In this document: positions 19,184 through 28,137 of the stretch, piece after piece
Numbering within the stretch: position 1 is the first letter of the stretch
Layout of the letters: each line of letters starts with the position of its first letter
NCBI GenBank assembly: GCA_048937405.1
Contig: JBHLNF010000001.1
Location: forward strand, 128,001-192,000
DNA length: 64,000 nucleotides
Source of the DNA: Promethearchaeota archaeon
GTDB lineage: Archaea > Asgardarchaeota > Lokiarchaeia > Sigyniarchaeales > SOKP01
Direction of reading: 5' to 3'
The notes under the pieces: generated by a model
Told to the model about the DNA's origin: nothing
The model's input: the letters and a program-made list of their open reading frames with translations, nothing else
The model's database searches: none
Program-made: the position numbers and the translations under genes

Positions 19184-20278
19184 ATGAAAGAAATTATAAG
19201 AATAGGTAAAAAGGAAAAAATTGAAGATTTTATATCAAAAATAGAAGGAAAAAAACCTCTGTTTATATGTGTTATAGGAAATACTGAAACTGCAAAAATT
19301 CCTAGCATCTCTGCAGCGGGTGCTAATCCAGATATTACAGATTATACACCAGCTGCTGATATGGAATACTTAATATATGAGAAATGCAAATCAATTGAAG
19401 GTGTTCCAATTACACCTGATGGAATACCAACTCCTGCCTTGATTACTAAAGCTTCAATAGATTTAGCAGAAATATCCTTATTAGTTGCATCTGGTGGACT
19501 AAATATACATCCTCAAACACCATTTTTAGAATTTGGAGGGCAACCAGGAAAAAATATTTCAAATGGACTTGCTTTAAATAAAGTTTCAAGTGTATTTGAA
19601 AGAGCTAAAATATTAGGAGAGCAAATATCAAAAGCAGTAGATTATCTTGTAATTGGAGAAAGTGTTGCAGGAGGAACTACGACTGCTTTAGGAGTTTTAA
19701 CAGCCATGGGATTTGATGCATCAAATAAAATTAGCAGTAGTTTACCCAAGAATCCAATTGGTTTAAAGATTAAAACTGTAAAATTGGGACTTAAGAACGC
19801 TGGTATAGTTGCTGGAGATTTAAAAAATGAACCCTTAAAAGCGATTAAATTATTAGGAGATCCTATGCAACCTGTACATGCAGGTATAGTTATAGGGGCT
19901 GCAGAAAGAATCCCTGTATTATTAGCAGGGGGGACTCAAATGAGTGCTGTTTTAGCAATAGTAAATTCCATTAATCCATTGATAAGTAAAAATTTAGCTA
20001 TAGGGACAACTAGATGGATAATTGAAGATAAACAAGCTGATTTGAAGGGGCTTATCGATCAAATTAATCCAGATATTCCAATCTTAGGCGCAAACCTTAA
20101 CTTTAATCAAATGAAATATGATGGTTTAAAGGCATATGAACAGGGAGTAGTTAAAGAAGGCGTTGGTGCTGGAGGGTCTGTCATTGCTAGTATATTATCA
20201 ACTAAAGGTATGATATCAATTGATCAAATTCATCAAAAAATTAAAGATAACTATAGGAGAATAGTTTTAAATGAATAA
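19184..20278 (+). CDS. cobT: nicotinate-nucleotide:lower-ligand base phosphoribosyltransferase, archaeal CobT type
   Basis: GNTETAKIPSISAAG, YTPAAD, PTPALIT, GESVAGGTTTA, GDPMQ, LAGGTQM, VKEGVGAGG. Confidence 0.9.
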   Translation: MKEIIRIGKKEKIEDFISKIEGKKPLFICVIGNTETAKIPSISAAGANPDITDYTPAADMEYLIYEKCKSIEGVPITPDGIPTPALITKASIDLAEISLLVASGGLNIHPQTPFLEFGGQPGKNISNGLALNKVSSVFERAKILGEQISKAVDYLVIGESVAGGTTTALGVLTAMGFDASNKISSSLPKNPIGLKIKTVKLGLKNAGIVAGDLKNEPLKAIKLLGDPMQPVHAGIVIGAAERIPVLLAGGTQMSAVLAIVNSINPLISKNLAIGTTRWIIEDKQADLKGLIDQINPDIPILGANLNFNQMKYDGLKAYEQGVVKEGVGAGGSVIASILSTKGMISIDQIHQKIKDNYRRIVLNE

Positions 20279-20660
20279 AAATACAATGAAAAAAGAATCT
20301 TTACAAAAAATATTCATAATAATAGCAGATCGGTGGAAATTGAATTTTTATTCAAAATTTATGAGTATTTTAGATGAAACAAAGAATCAGGGAGAAATAA
20401 TGAAGAGACTTATGATAGAGAGTGAGTTTAAAAAACATAGTAAAATCATAAACCAAAGTGTCAATAAGATTCTTAAAAATGTGGGAAAGTACCCAAAATT
20501 GACTCTTACTACGAATGAAGAATTTCATTCTTTTGATGAAATAAAACCAGTTTTAGAGAAAAAATTCAATTCTAAAGTAGAGATTATGTATGAACAAGAC
20601 TCAAAGGAACAAAAAGCAGCCAACGCGCTTCCTGGTAAACCTGCAATCGTTATTTTTTAA
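20271..20660 (+). CDS. stand-alone paralog of the LeuRS C-terminal domain
   Basis: Gapless alignment to the last 124 aa of LeuS with 59 identities by hand count; ATG overlaps the end of cobT. Confidence 0.8.
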   Translation: MNKNTMKKESLQKIFIIIADRWKLNFYSKFMSILDETKNQGEIMKRLMIESEFKKHSKIINQSVNKILKNVGKYPKLTLTTNEEFHSFDEIKPVLEKKFNSKVEIMYEQDSKEQKAANALPGKPAIVIF

Positions 20661-20824
20661 ATATTTTTATTGATATATCAAAATTATTTCATTTAATGAG
20701 CTAAAATTCTACATGGTTTTATTAACTTAAGATTAATTTAAATATTATAAATTTAAATATGTTAAAAGTTGTTAGAAAAGCATTGAATCAATTAAAATAT
20801 TCAAGAATAGTATTTTCAAAATAG

Positions 20825-21694
20825 ATGACTATCTACGAACTTAGTATTATTACAACAACAGGATTTCCTTATTTCAATACCATAATTAAACCTATACCAG
20901 AAGGGGTAAAAGTCTTTCTTAGATTTTTTGATTTTTCTAGAAATATATCACTAGTTCAAGATGAATTAGATTTGAATTCAAAATTTGATCTTACTGCTGG
21001 TTTAATCTCAGCTCTTTTTGAATTTGCTCGAAATATTGATAAGAAAATAGATATTCTTGAATTCAGACCTAAAAAACTAAAAGATATAGCAAAGAATGTA
21101 AATATTAATAACAAATATCAAGGAGACGTGCTAATTACAGCACAAACAGAATCTTTCTTATTACATAGATCAGTAAGAGAAAAAATTAAATTAATTTATA
21201 CTAACTATATTTATTCTAAAATTCCTCTTGATTCGGCTGATTACATTCAAGAAAATGAAGAAAAAAAAATTATAGAGATTCTAAGAGATTCAAAATCTAG
21301 ACAAAAAGTCTTAAAATCTCAGAATGATTTAAAAAGAACTGCTAGTGCTTTTTTGAATGAAATGAAAGATTATGGTCTATGGGGCATTTGTATAACAACT
21401 TTTGATCTCTCACCGATAATTAATTTTGGAAAGAAATTCACATTGGAGAATGTGAATGATATTTTGAGACATATTGGTTATATCCCCGAGATTGTGCCTT
21501 TGGAATGGATTTATAGGCAATCTTTTTTTTCAAATGAACAAATTCAGGTATGTATTATCAAATCAAATATAGGACCTACCATTGAAAACAGTTTATTTGA
21601 ACCTTATTTCTATTTGCTTTTAGCAGATCCTCAAAGTTATATGGGTGAGTTTCCTGAAAAATTAAATTCTGCTTTTAGTATGATTCTGGGATAA
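20825..21694 (+). CDS. hypothetical protein with a longin-like N-terminus and possible roadblock-like C-terminus
   Basis: IYELSIITTTGFPYF...LTAGLISALFEFARNI resembles longin strand/helix pattern; C-term GICITTFDLSPI. Confidence 0.5.
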   Translation: MTIYELSIITTTGFPYFNTIIKPIPEGVKVFLRFFDFSRNISLVQDELDLNSKFDLTAGLISALFEFARNIDKKIDILEFRPKKLKDIAKNVNINNKYQGDVLITAQTESFLLHRSVREKIKLIYTNYIYSKIPLDSADYIQENEEKKIIEILRDSKSRQKVLKSQNDLKRTASAFLNEMKDYGLWGICITTFDLSPIINFGKKFTLENVNDILRHIGYIPEIVPLEWIYRQSFFSNEQIQVCIIKSNIGPTIENSLFEPYFYLLLADPQSYMGEFPEKLNSAFSMILG

Positions 21695-21767
21695 GAGAGA
21701 TAGGATGTCTAAAATTCCTCCATTAATTTTAGAAAATAAGTTAAAAAAATATTTTATTTCAATTATC

Positions 21768-22538
21768 TTATTTAATAGATTTATCCGCTGCTTTTATTAT
21801 CTGAAATAGGGAATTTGAATCTAGAGAAGCACCTCCAACTAATCCTCCATCGATATTTTTTTTATTAAACAAATCCTCAGCATTAATAGGTTTAATGGAG
21901 CCCCCATATTGTATCCTAACAATATCACTAATTTCTTTATCATATTTTTTAGTTAAAAGTTCCCTAATGAAAATATGTATTTCTTCTGCTTGTTCCGGAG
22001 TAGCTGTTTTTCCTGTTCCTATTGCCCAAATAGGTTCATAGGCTATAATTATCTTTTTCATTTCTTCTTTGGAAAGATCCCTAAATGTTTCATTAATCTG
22101 GTATTCAATTATTTCTTTTGTTCTTCCAGTTTCTCTTTCTTCTAAGTGTTCTCCAATACAAACAATTGGTTTCAAATTTATTGATAATGCCTTCTTAATC
22201 TTTTTATTGATTAAAGAATCTGATTCTTTAAAAATGTCTCTTCTTTCACTGTGACCAAGAATGACATATTCAACCCCAATTTCTTTTAAAAATTTAGGGG
22301 AAATTTCACCTGTATATGCTCCTTTATCTTCAAAATGCATGTTTTGTGCGCCTAATTTGATATTAGTATTCTTTAAAATCTCATACGCACTAGTTAGAAC
22401 CGTATAAGGAGGTGCTATAATTATATCTACATTATCTATTCCCTCTACTTGTGGTATAAGATTTTCTAGCATTTCAATTGTTTCATTTGGGGTTCCCCGA
22501 TTCATTTTCCAATTTCCTCCAATAACAAGTTTTCTCAA
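21768..22538 (-). CDS. tpiA: triosephosphate isomerase (bacterial/eukaryal-type length and motifs)
   Basis: GNWKMN, GAYTGEIS, LGHSERR, AYEPIWAIGTG, YGGS, GGLVGGASL; 256 aa. Confidence 0.97.
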   Translation of the reverse strand: MRKLVIGGNWKMNRGTPNETIEMLENLIPQVEGIDNVDIIIAPPYTVLTSAYEILKNTNIKLGAQNMHFEDKGAYTGEISPKFLKEIGVEYVILGHSERRDIFKESDSLINKKIKKALSINLKPIVCIGEHLEERETGRTKEIIEYQINETFRDLSKEEMKKIIIAYEPIWAIGTGKTATPEQAEEIHIFIRELLTKKYDKEISDIVRIQYGGSIKPINAEDLFNKKNIDGGLVGGASLDSNSLFQIIKAADKSIK

Positions 22539-22660
22539 TTTTTCTACCTCTATAATTATGAAATTATTAAATTAACGCTATAATTCAAATATTGAATTAA
22601 GTTAATAAAATTCTAACGAAAAATTATATTACATTTACAGTAAAAATAATTAAGAAAAAA

Positions 22661-23164
22661 TTATTCTGTTTTAGGTAGTTTTCCAGATAATTCTGTTGCC
22701 TCAAGCAACTTTTTTACTTCTTTCACATCAGGATTCATAATTGCAGGTAATCCTAATTGTGAGCGACGTCGCTCTATAGCGGGTTGCATAGGAATTGCTT
22801 TACCATGTTCCAAAACAGTCGAAGCCTGACCAGTGTAGTGGGTGGGTGCCTCTCCTCGCGCAACGCTCATATTTTTTAAGATTGTAAAGATCTCTGTAAG
22901 CTCAACCTTTTGAGGACAAACTTCATCGCAAGTATCGCACATTGTACATCCCCAAATATTGAAAGCGTTTTCAGGCCCAAAAATCTTTTCTTTTAATCCC
23001 AATAAAGCATCGAGTATTAATCTACGTGGATTATATCTACCTTCGGTAACCTGTGCTACAGGACATGCACCACTACAAGTAGCGCATTGGTAACAATAGG
23101 CTAGTGTATTTCCAATATCATTACCAAGAATTTGATTTCTGAAATTAAAATCTATAGTTGCCAT
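22661..23164 (-). CDS. hdrC: heterodisulfide reductase subunit C-like 2x[4Fe-4S] protein
   Basis: CYQCATCSGACP, YNPRR, WGCTMCDTCDEVCPQ, RRSQLGLP. Confidence 0.8.
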   Translation of the reverse strand: MATIDFNFRNQILGNDIGNTLAYCYQCATCSGACPVAQVTEGRYNPRRLILDALLGLKEKIFGPENAFNIWGCTMCDTCDEVCPQKVELTEIFTILKNMSVARGEAPTHYTGQASTVLEHGKAIPMQPAIERRRSQLGLPAIMNPDVKEVKKLLEATELSGKLPKTE

Positions 23165-23404
23165 TTAAAATAATCTTTTTATAATAATATTATGTAGTAT
23201 AACCTATAGTCAATTTTAAAATTAATTCTTTTAAAAACAAGTTTTAAATTTGATAATTTTACTTAATTTTTTTTATTATACTTATTTTTTCAGATCATCT
23301 TATTTTAAAATGTAAATGAAATCAATAAAAGTAATTGAATATTTATACTCTCAATAATATTTTAAAAGAATTTAAACTGCAAATTATTTAAAAATTGAGA
23401 TGAC

Positions 23405-23761
23405 ATGACAAAAATAGAGGAACTAAAAGAATTTGGGATCGAAATTACAGAGGATATGAAACAAGGAAAAGTTATTATTGATGTTTATACTACTTGGTGT
23501 GGTCCATGTCGTTTTTTAAGTCCAATATTAGAAAAATTGCACAAAGAAGGGCTAATATCATTAATAAAAGAAGATCTTGATCAAAATAGACCACTTGGAG
23601 AAAGATTTGGAATAAGTGCAATACCTACACTCCTCCTATTTAATAATGGTGAATTGTTGAATCATCCTATAGAAGTTGAAGGCCAAATACTTGTGAGAAA
23701 TGGAATTATGGTAGGTGCTGCTGGAGAACAAGTTCTCAGAGAAATAATTTCAAAAATGTAG
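23405..23761 (+). CDS. trxA: thioredoxin
   Basis: WCGPC active site, ISAIPTLLLF. Confidence 0.88.
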   Translation: MTKIEELKEFGIEITEDMKQGKVIIDVYTTWCGPCRFLSPILEKLHKEGLISLIKEDLDQNRPLGERFGISAIPTLLLFNNGELLNHPIEVEGQILVRNGIMVGAAGEQVLREIISKM

Positions 23762-24065
23762 GAAATAACCTCAACTTAAAATTATTTAATAAAAGAAAAT
23801 TACTTTTTTACATCATTCTTTCATTTTTATTAAAAATTTAAGAGAATTATAAATTTTAAACGAAATTAGAATTAAATAGGAGAAATATATAATAAATAGA
23901 AATTATCCAAATATACGAATAAAGTAAAAGATATGTAATTTAAACGAATTTTTTAATTTAAAAAGCCTTCAGAAATCCTACAAATAATCTATTAATCAGA
24001 TTAAAAATTTTTTATTTAATGTATTTTTTCAATATTTAATTTAAATAAGTTATCATGATAGAATA

Positions 24066-24578
24066 ATGAATTACTCGAGGAAAGATTTAGTTCAAACAGA
24101 TGCAACTATGAATCAAATGCGAAATAGCATTTATATTCTAGCAAACTTCATGAAGAATAATGGAGTTATAGATTTGAAAGAAAAACTAAGATCAATGGGG
24201 CGAAAAATAGCAAAAACATATATAAGGTACTGGAAACCTACAAATTTTGTTGATATTTCAAATTTGAAAGATGTGATAACAACTATTTATCAAAAAATAC
24301 TAAATAGTACTATCTCAATTGAAATAAAAGATGATGAAAATATAATTAGTGTTAATGATCACAGATGTGCTTTGTGCAAATACCATTATGAAGATGTTAA
24401 AATTGCTGGTTGTGAAATAATATTGGGAATGGTATCTGAAATTGTCTCTCTAATCAATCAAGAATCCAGTAATCCATATTCTTTAATATTAGATCCATAT
24501 GAAGTAAAAGAATCTCGAGCATTCGGAAATAAAACATGTATTCAATTGTATAAATTTAAAATTGGGAGGATATCCTAA
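24066..24578 (+). CDS. V4R/Bet3(TRAPP)-like protein
   Basis: LRSMGRKIA helix, CALC, GCEIILGMV, ESRAFGNKTC (V4R-type pattern). Confidence 0.6.
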   Translation: MNYSRKDLVQTDATMNQMRNSIYILANFMKNNGVIDLKEKLRSMGRKIAKTYIRYWKPTNFVDISNLKDVITTIYQKILNSTISIEIKDDENIISVNDHRCALCKYHYEDVKIAGCEIILGMVSEIVSLINQESSNPYSLILDPYEVKESRAFGNKTCIQLYKFKIGRIS

Positions 24579-24580
24579 AA

Positions 24581-26053
24581 ATGGGGGCATTTCAGTGGTT
24601 AATGAAGAAAATAACTAAAGTATTTGGACGTTCTACAAATGCTTTGTTCTACACATTACTTTATAGAGAAATTCTTAATGAGATTAATGAAATTACTAAG
24701 AATGAAGAGGATAGCTTAATTGTACTTAGAGAAATAGGAAAAAGAGCAGCTTATGAATCTTGTGAACGCCACTCAAGTATTTTCAAATTTATGCCTGGAT
24801 CTCCTAAGAAAGTTCTAGATTATTTTGAGATTCTTTGGGTTGTTGTATTTGGAAAAGAATTAGAGCAGTATTCTTATGAAGAAATACAAAAAGTAGGATC
24901 AAAATATAATGATTATGTTCTAAAAATTAACCAATGTCCAATCTGCGCAGATTATGGTCAAGATAAGGAAGATACATTTATTTTTAAAAGATTAGAAGAT
25001 AGGGATACTGAAGGATTAGCTTGTGGACTTTGTGGAATGCTTGAAACAGTTGCAAATTTTATATTGAAGATAAAAAGAAATAACTATAGAATCCAAATAG
25101 TTGAACAAGCGTGTATAGCTAAAGGAGGGGATTCTTTGAGATTACTCTGTAAAATCCATGATATGAAAGAATGGAAAGTACTCAAAGATTCAAAAACTCA
25201 AGAAAATAAGGTATTAGGTAAATTTTTTAAAGATACTATTAAAGAAGAAGAATTTATTCAAGAAACAAAGCTGGATATTATTGACAAACTACAAGATGTT
25301 ATTTCAATTGATAAATTAGAGGAATATCTTGATGAACCGCTAGAAGGAATAAAGCAAAGAGTTTCTGATATTATTAGAGATAAATTGAACATGGAACCTA
25401 AAAATTTTTTTGATTACTTTCGTAACTATGAGGATGACATGATCCGTATTATTGGTTACCTTGGAACTCATATCTTAAATGAATATGGCGGATTATTGGA
25501 AAAATCTTTCCAGAATGAATGGTTTGCAAAAGTCTTTGGTTATATTTTTAAACAATTTAAAGAATTGACATTATTATTTGTTCCTTTAGATGTTATACGT
25601 GATTATAATTCATTACTAGTAAAGTTTTTAGAAGGTATAGCTCCTCCAGAAATGGTTGAAAACGTGAAACTCTTTTCTGGTAAAGATACAATCAATTACA
25701 TTTTTGATGGGGCTCAAATGGCTCTTGAAAATTTAGGAGTTGATTTTTCCGAACTCAAGGATAATGTGTGGGAGGAACTAAAAGTAGAACGCGAAAACGG
25801 TTTAATTTCTTCAGAATCCTCACCTTTAGATAGATCTCGTGAAAAAATGCCTCAAATCATTAATATCATTCAAGAGGTACTAATGGTCATCAATGATATC
25901 CTAACTTTGCCTATTAGAGTTTTAATATCAGAAAGCCATTATGGATTAAAGACAGCAATTAATTCAGTAGTATCAGAAGAAGAAGGTTTATATGGTTCTA
26001 TACGTGGAAGACTTGATAATATCTTTGACCAAATTCAAGAAATAAGAAAGTAA
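24581..26053 (+). CDS. V4R/Bet3-like N-terminal domain plus ~290-aa helical C-terminal region
   Basis: LREIGKRAA, LWVVVFGKE, CPIC, CGLCGML, EQACIAKG; starts 2 bp after the previous ORF. Confidence 0.6.
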   Translation: MGAFQWLMKKITKVFGRSTNALFYTLLYREILNEINEITKNEEDSLIVLREIGKRAAYESCERHSSIFKFMPGSPKKVLDYFEILWVVVFGKELEQYSYEEIQKVGSKYNDYVLKINQCPICADYGQDKEDTFIFKRLEDRDTEGLACGLCGMLETVANFILKIKRNNYRIQIVEQACIAKGGDSLRLLCKIHDMKEWKVLKDSKTQENKVLGKFFKDTIKEEEFIQETKLDIIDKLQDVISIDKLEEYLDEPLEGIKQRVSDIIRDKLNMEPKNFFDYFRNYEDDMIRIIGYLGTHILNEYGGLLEKSFQNEWFAKVFGYIFKQFKELTLLFVPLDVIRDYNSLLVKFLEGIAPPEMVENVKLFSGKDTINYIFDGAQMALENLGVDFSELKDNVWEELKVERENGLISSESSPLDRSREKMPQIINIIQEVLMVINDILTLPIRVLISESHYGLKTAINSVVSEEEGLYGSIRGRLDNIFDQIQEIRK

Positions 26054-26108
26054 GAATTGAATTTTTTGTACATTTTTCCATACTATTTCTTATATTTTTC
26101 CATATCCA

Positions 26109-27530
26109 CTAAAATTTAGTCTTTTCATAGATTTCATAGAACCAACTTGTGATATATTGAAAGAAAATTCTCTCCCTTAAAACATCATAATGGGATTTTT
26201 CTTTTAAGCTCGTTAATTTTGCTATATCTTCTGATTTTAGCAAACCCCTGGTAACTAAATCCATCCGCGCTTTATATTGATCTATCATTTTTATAGGTCT
26301 TAAAATTACGCGAATAGCATATGAAATTTTATCTATTAATCTCTTATAAATCTCTTCCGATAAATTTAAATCTTTACTATCTTCAATCAGAAAGTTTCTA
26401 ATATTCCTTAAAATAGAGTCTTTTTTGAAATAACTAATAACATCTTTATTATCCAATACTTGAGTAAGATAATTTACTATTTTTTCAACTGTAGTTTCCT
26501 TTATATGTAATTCATTCATTTCGTTTCCTAATTTCTCAATAAATTGTGTTTTTAAGAATTTTTTAAACTTGACAATAATCGCCTTATTTTGTTTATTATC
26601 TGAACATATTTCAATTACTTCCCCTCTTGGAGTAGAATAAGTAAAACCTAATCCTTGTGGTCCTAAACCTCCCTGAAGTACCATGGATAAATTATAAAAA
26701 TTGTAATTATTCTTCTCCAAAATTTTATCTATATTTTTCATTATATTCTTTGGAGAGACAAGATGTTTTTTATTCTCCCTATACTCTCGTTCTTCTTCTG
26801 TACCATAATAGAACATTCTATATTTATAAGTTGCATCAAATTCAATTAGTTCATCTTTCTTCTTAGAAAGTTGTTCTTCTTTTGTTTTTAATTGATTTTT
26901 GTTTTGGGCAAAATTCTCTTTAAATTCCTTGAGAAAATCATAAATTGAACTTAAATATCTTACACTTAAACCGTAAATCGTATATTGGTCAAAAAAAACA
27001 TTTTTAATGAAATGCATCATCTGATCCTGATCAGGAAAATAGGAATTTAACCGAGTTATGAAATATTCGTAGAGATCCTGAGGTATGACCTTATAAATAA
27101 AAAGAGTAAATGAATTTGATACTTTACCAAATAAATCATTTAAATTTGAAATAAATAAAATATCTTTTCTAAGATTTTCAACATTTTTTTTTTCTGAATA
27201 ATCTAACTCTCTCTCTAACAAGCCATATTTATTACAAAATCTTAAAATATTAATGATCTCTCCTAATGCTGAAGTTTGATATCCAGTAGATACTTTATCT
27301 GTACAATTTAATAGCAATTTTGAAATAATATTAAATCGATCAGGGATTTTTTTAATATCAAAAAAAAGATTGAATTCAACCGATGCGTTGAATAGCAATT
27401 TATAGACCTTATATTGTCCATTCCTAAGACATTTTGTAAGGGTGTTATAATATGATTTCTCTAGTTCCTCTTTATCCTTTATCTTTAATAGTTCTGTTTT
27501 AAACTCAATAAAGAGCTGATTTGAAATCAT
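26109..27530 (-). CDS. hypothetical protein
   Basis: 473-aa ORF; central Gly-rich motif GGLGPQGLGFTYSTPRGEVIEICSD. Confidence 0.75.
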   Translation of the reverse strand: MISNQLFIEFKTELLKIKDKEELEKSYYNTLTKCLRNGQYKVYKLLFNASVEFNLFFDIKKIPDRFNIISKLLLNCTDKVSTGYQTSALGEIINILRFCNKYGLLERELDYSEKKNVENLRKDILFISNLNDLFGKVSNSFTLFIYKVIPQDLYEYFITRLNSYFPDQDQMMHFIKNVFFDQYTIYGLSVRYLSSIYDFLKEFKENFAQNKNQLKTKEEQLSKKKDELIEFDATYKYRMFYYGTEEEREYRENKKHLVSPKNIMKNIDKILEKNNYNFYNLSMVLQGGLGPQGLGFTYSTPRGEVIEICSDNKQNKAIIVKFKKFLKTQFIEKLGNEMNELHIKETTVEKIVNYLTQVLDNKDVISYFKKDSILRNIRNFLIEDSKDLNLSEEIYKRLIDKISYAIRVILRPIKMIDQYKARMDLVTRGLLKSEDIAKLTSLKEKSHYDVLRERIFFQYITSWFYEIYEKTKF

Positions 27531-27600
27531 TTTAAAACTATTAAGTTAAAAGTAATCTACAAAAATAATATTTTGCATTAATAAATATTGATAAATTACA

Positions 27601-27972
27601 TTAATCTAATAATTCAGCGATTTTTTTCGATACACTTTGGATATTTAAGAAAACCATTCCTAATGAAGCATCACTTTTCGCAAGAGTACACAATATAGCA
27701 TTTTCTCCTGCTTTTGATAAAATAATTATACCATCAACACCTTCTATCAAAATTCTTTTTAAATCTCCACGTGCAAGTTCTTCAACAGCGCGTTCTGAAA
27801 CACTGAGTATTGCTGCACTCATAGCACTTACGATTCCATCATTAACATCTCTCGCAAGGACTGAACAGATAGGTAACCCTTGTACACTAACGATAGCGCT
27901 TCCCTGAATATCTGAGTTTACAGCTTCCATTCTTCTTAAAAGGTCGATGAGTTCACTGATATTTTCGCTCAA
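27601..27972 (-). CDS. roadblock/LC7 domain protein
   Basis: IQGSAIVSVQGLPICS, VSAMSAAILSVSERAVEELARG, SLGMVF. Confidence 0.92.
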   Translation of the reverse strand: MSENISELIDLLRRMEAVNSDIQGSAIVSVQGLPICSVLARDVNDGIVSAMSAAILSVSERAVEELARGDLKRILIEGVDGIIILSKAGENAILCTLAKSDASLGMVFLNIQSVSKKIAELLD

Positions 27973-28137
27973 AAATTTATCAACTTGAATAAATAGTAGG
28001 TTATTGATCTAATTAGATAATAATATAATAATATTATTAATATTTTTAATTTTAATCTAATTTTAATAAAAACTTTATTATTAAAGTTAATACTTATTTA
28101 AAAAATATTTTTATCAATATCCGCATTAGTAATTATA

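Noticed and set aside
18967-19308. 113-aa minus-strand ORF over the B12 promoter
   Set aside because: Antisense to the cobT 5' end, low-complexity F/I/K composition, and overlaps the operator-like sites; likely spurious
8449-20270. Active mobile element (integrase/transposase, exact att repeats)
   Set aside because: No recombinase gene and the flanking leuS copies are highly diverged; reported only as a possible old island
26072-26104. Direct repeat ATTTTTCCATA x2 between convergent genes
   Set aside because: Short, AT-rich and only two copies; compatible with chance or terminator sequence, not a CRISPR array
28071-28088. Inverted repeat AACTTTA-ttat-TAAAGTT in the roadblock/map divergent region
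   Set aside because: Single copy in very AT-rich sequence; cannot be distinguished from chance
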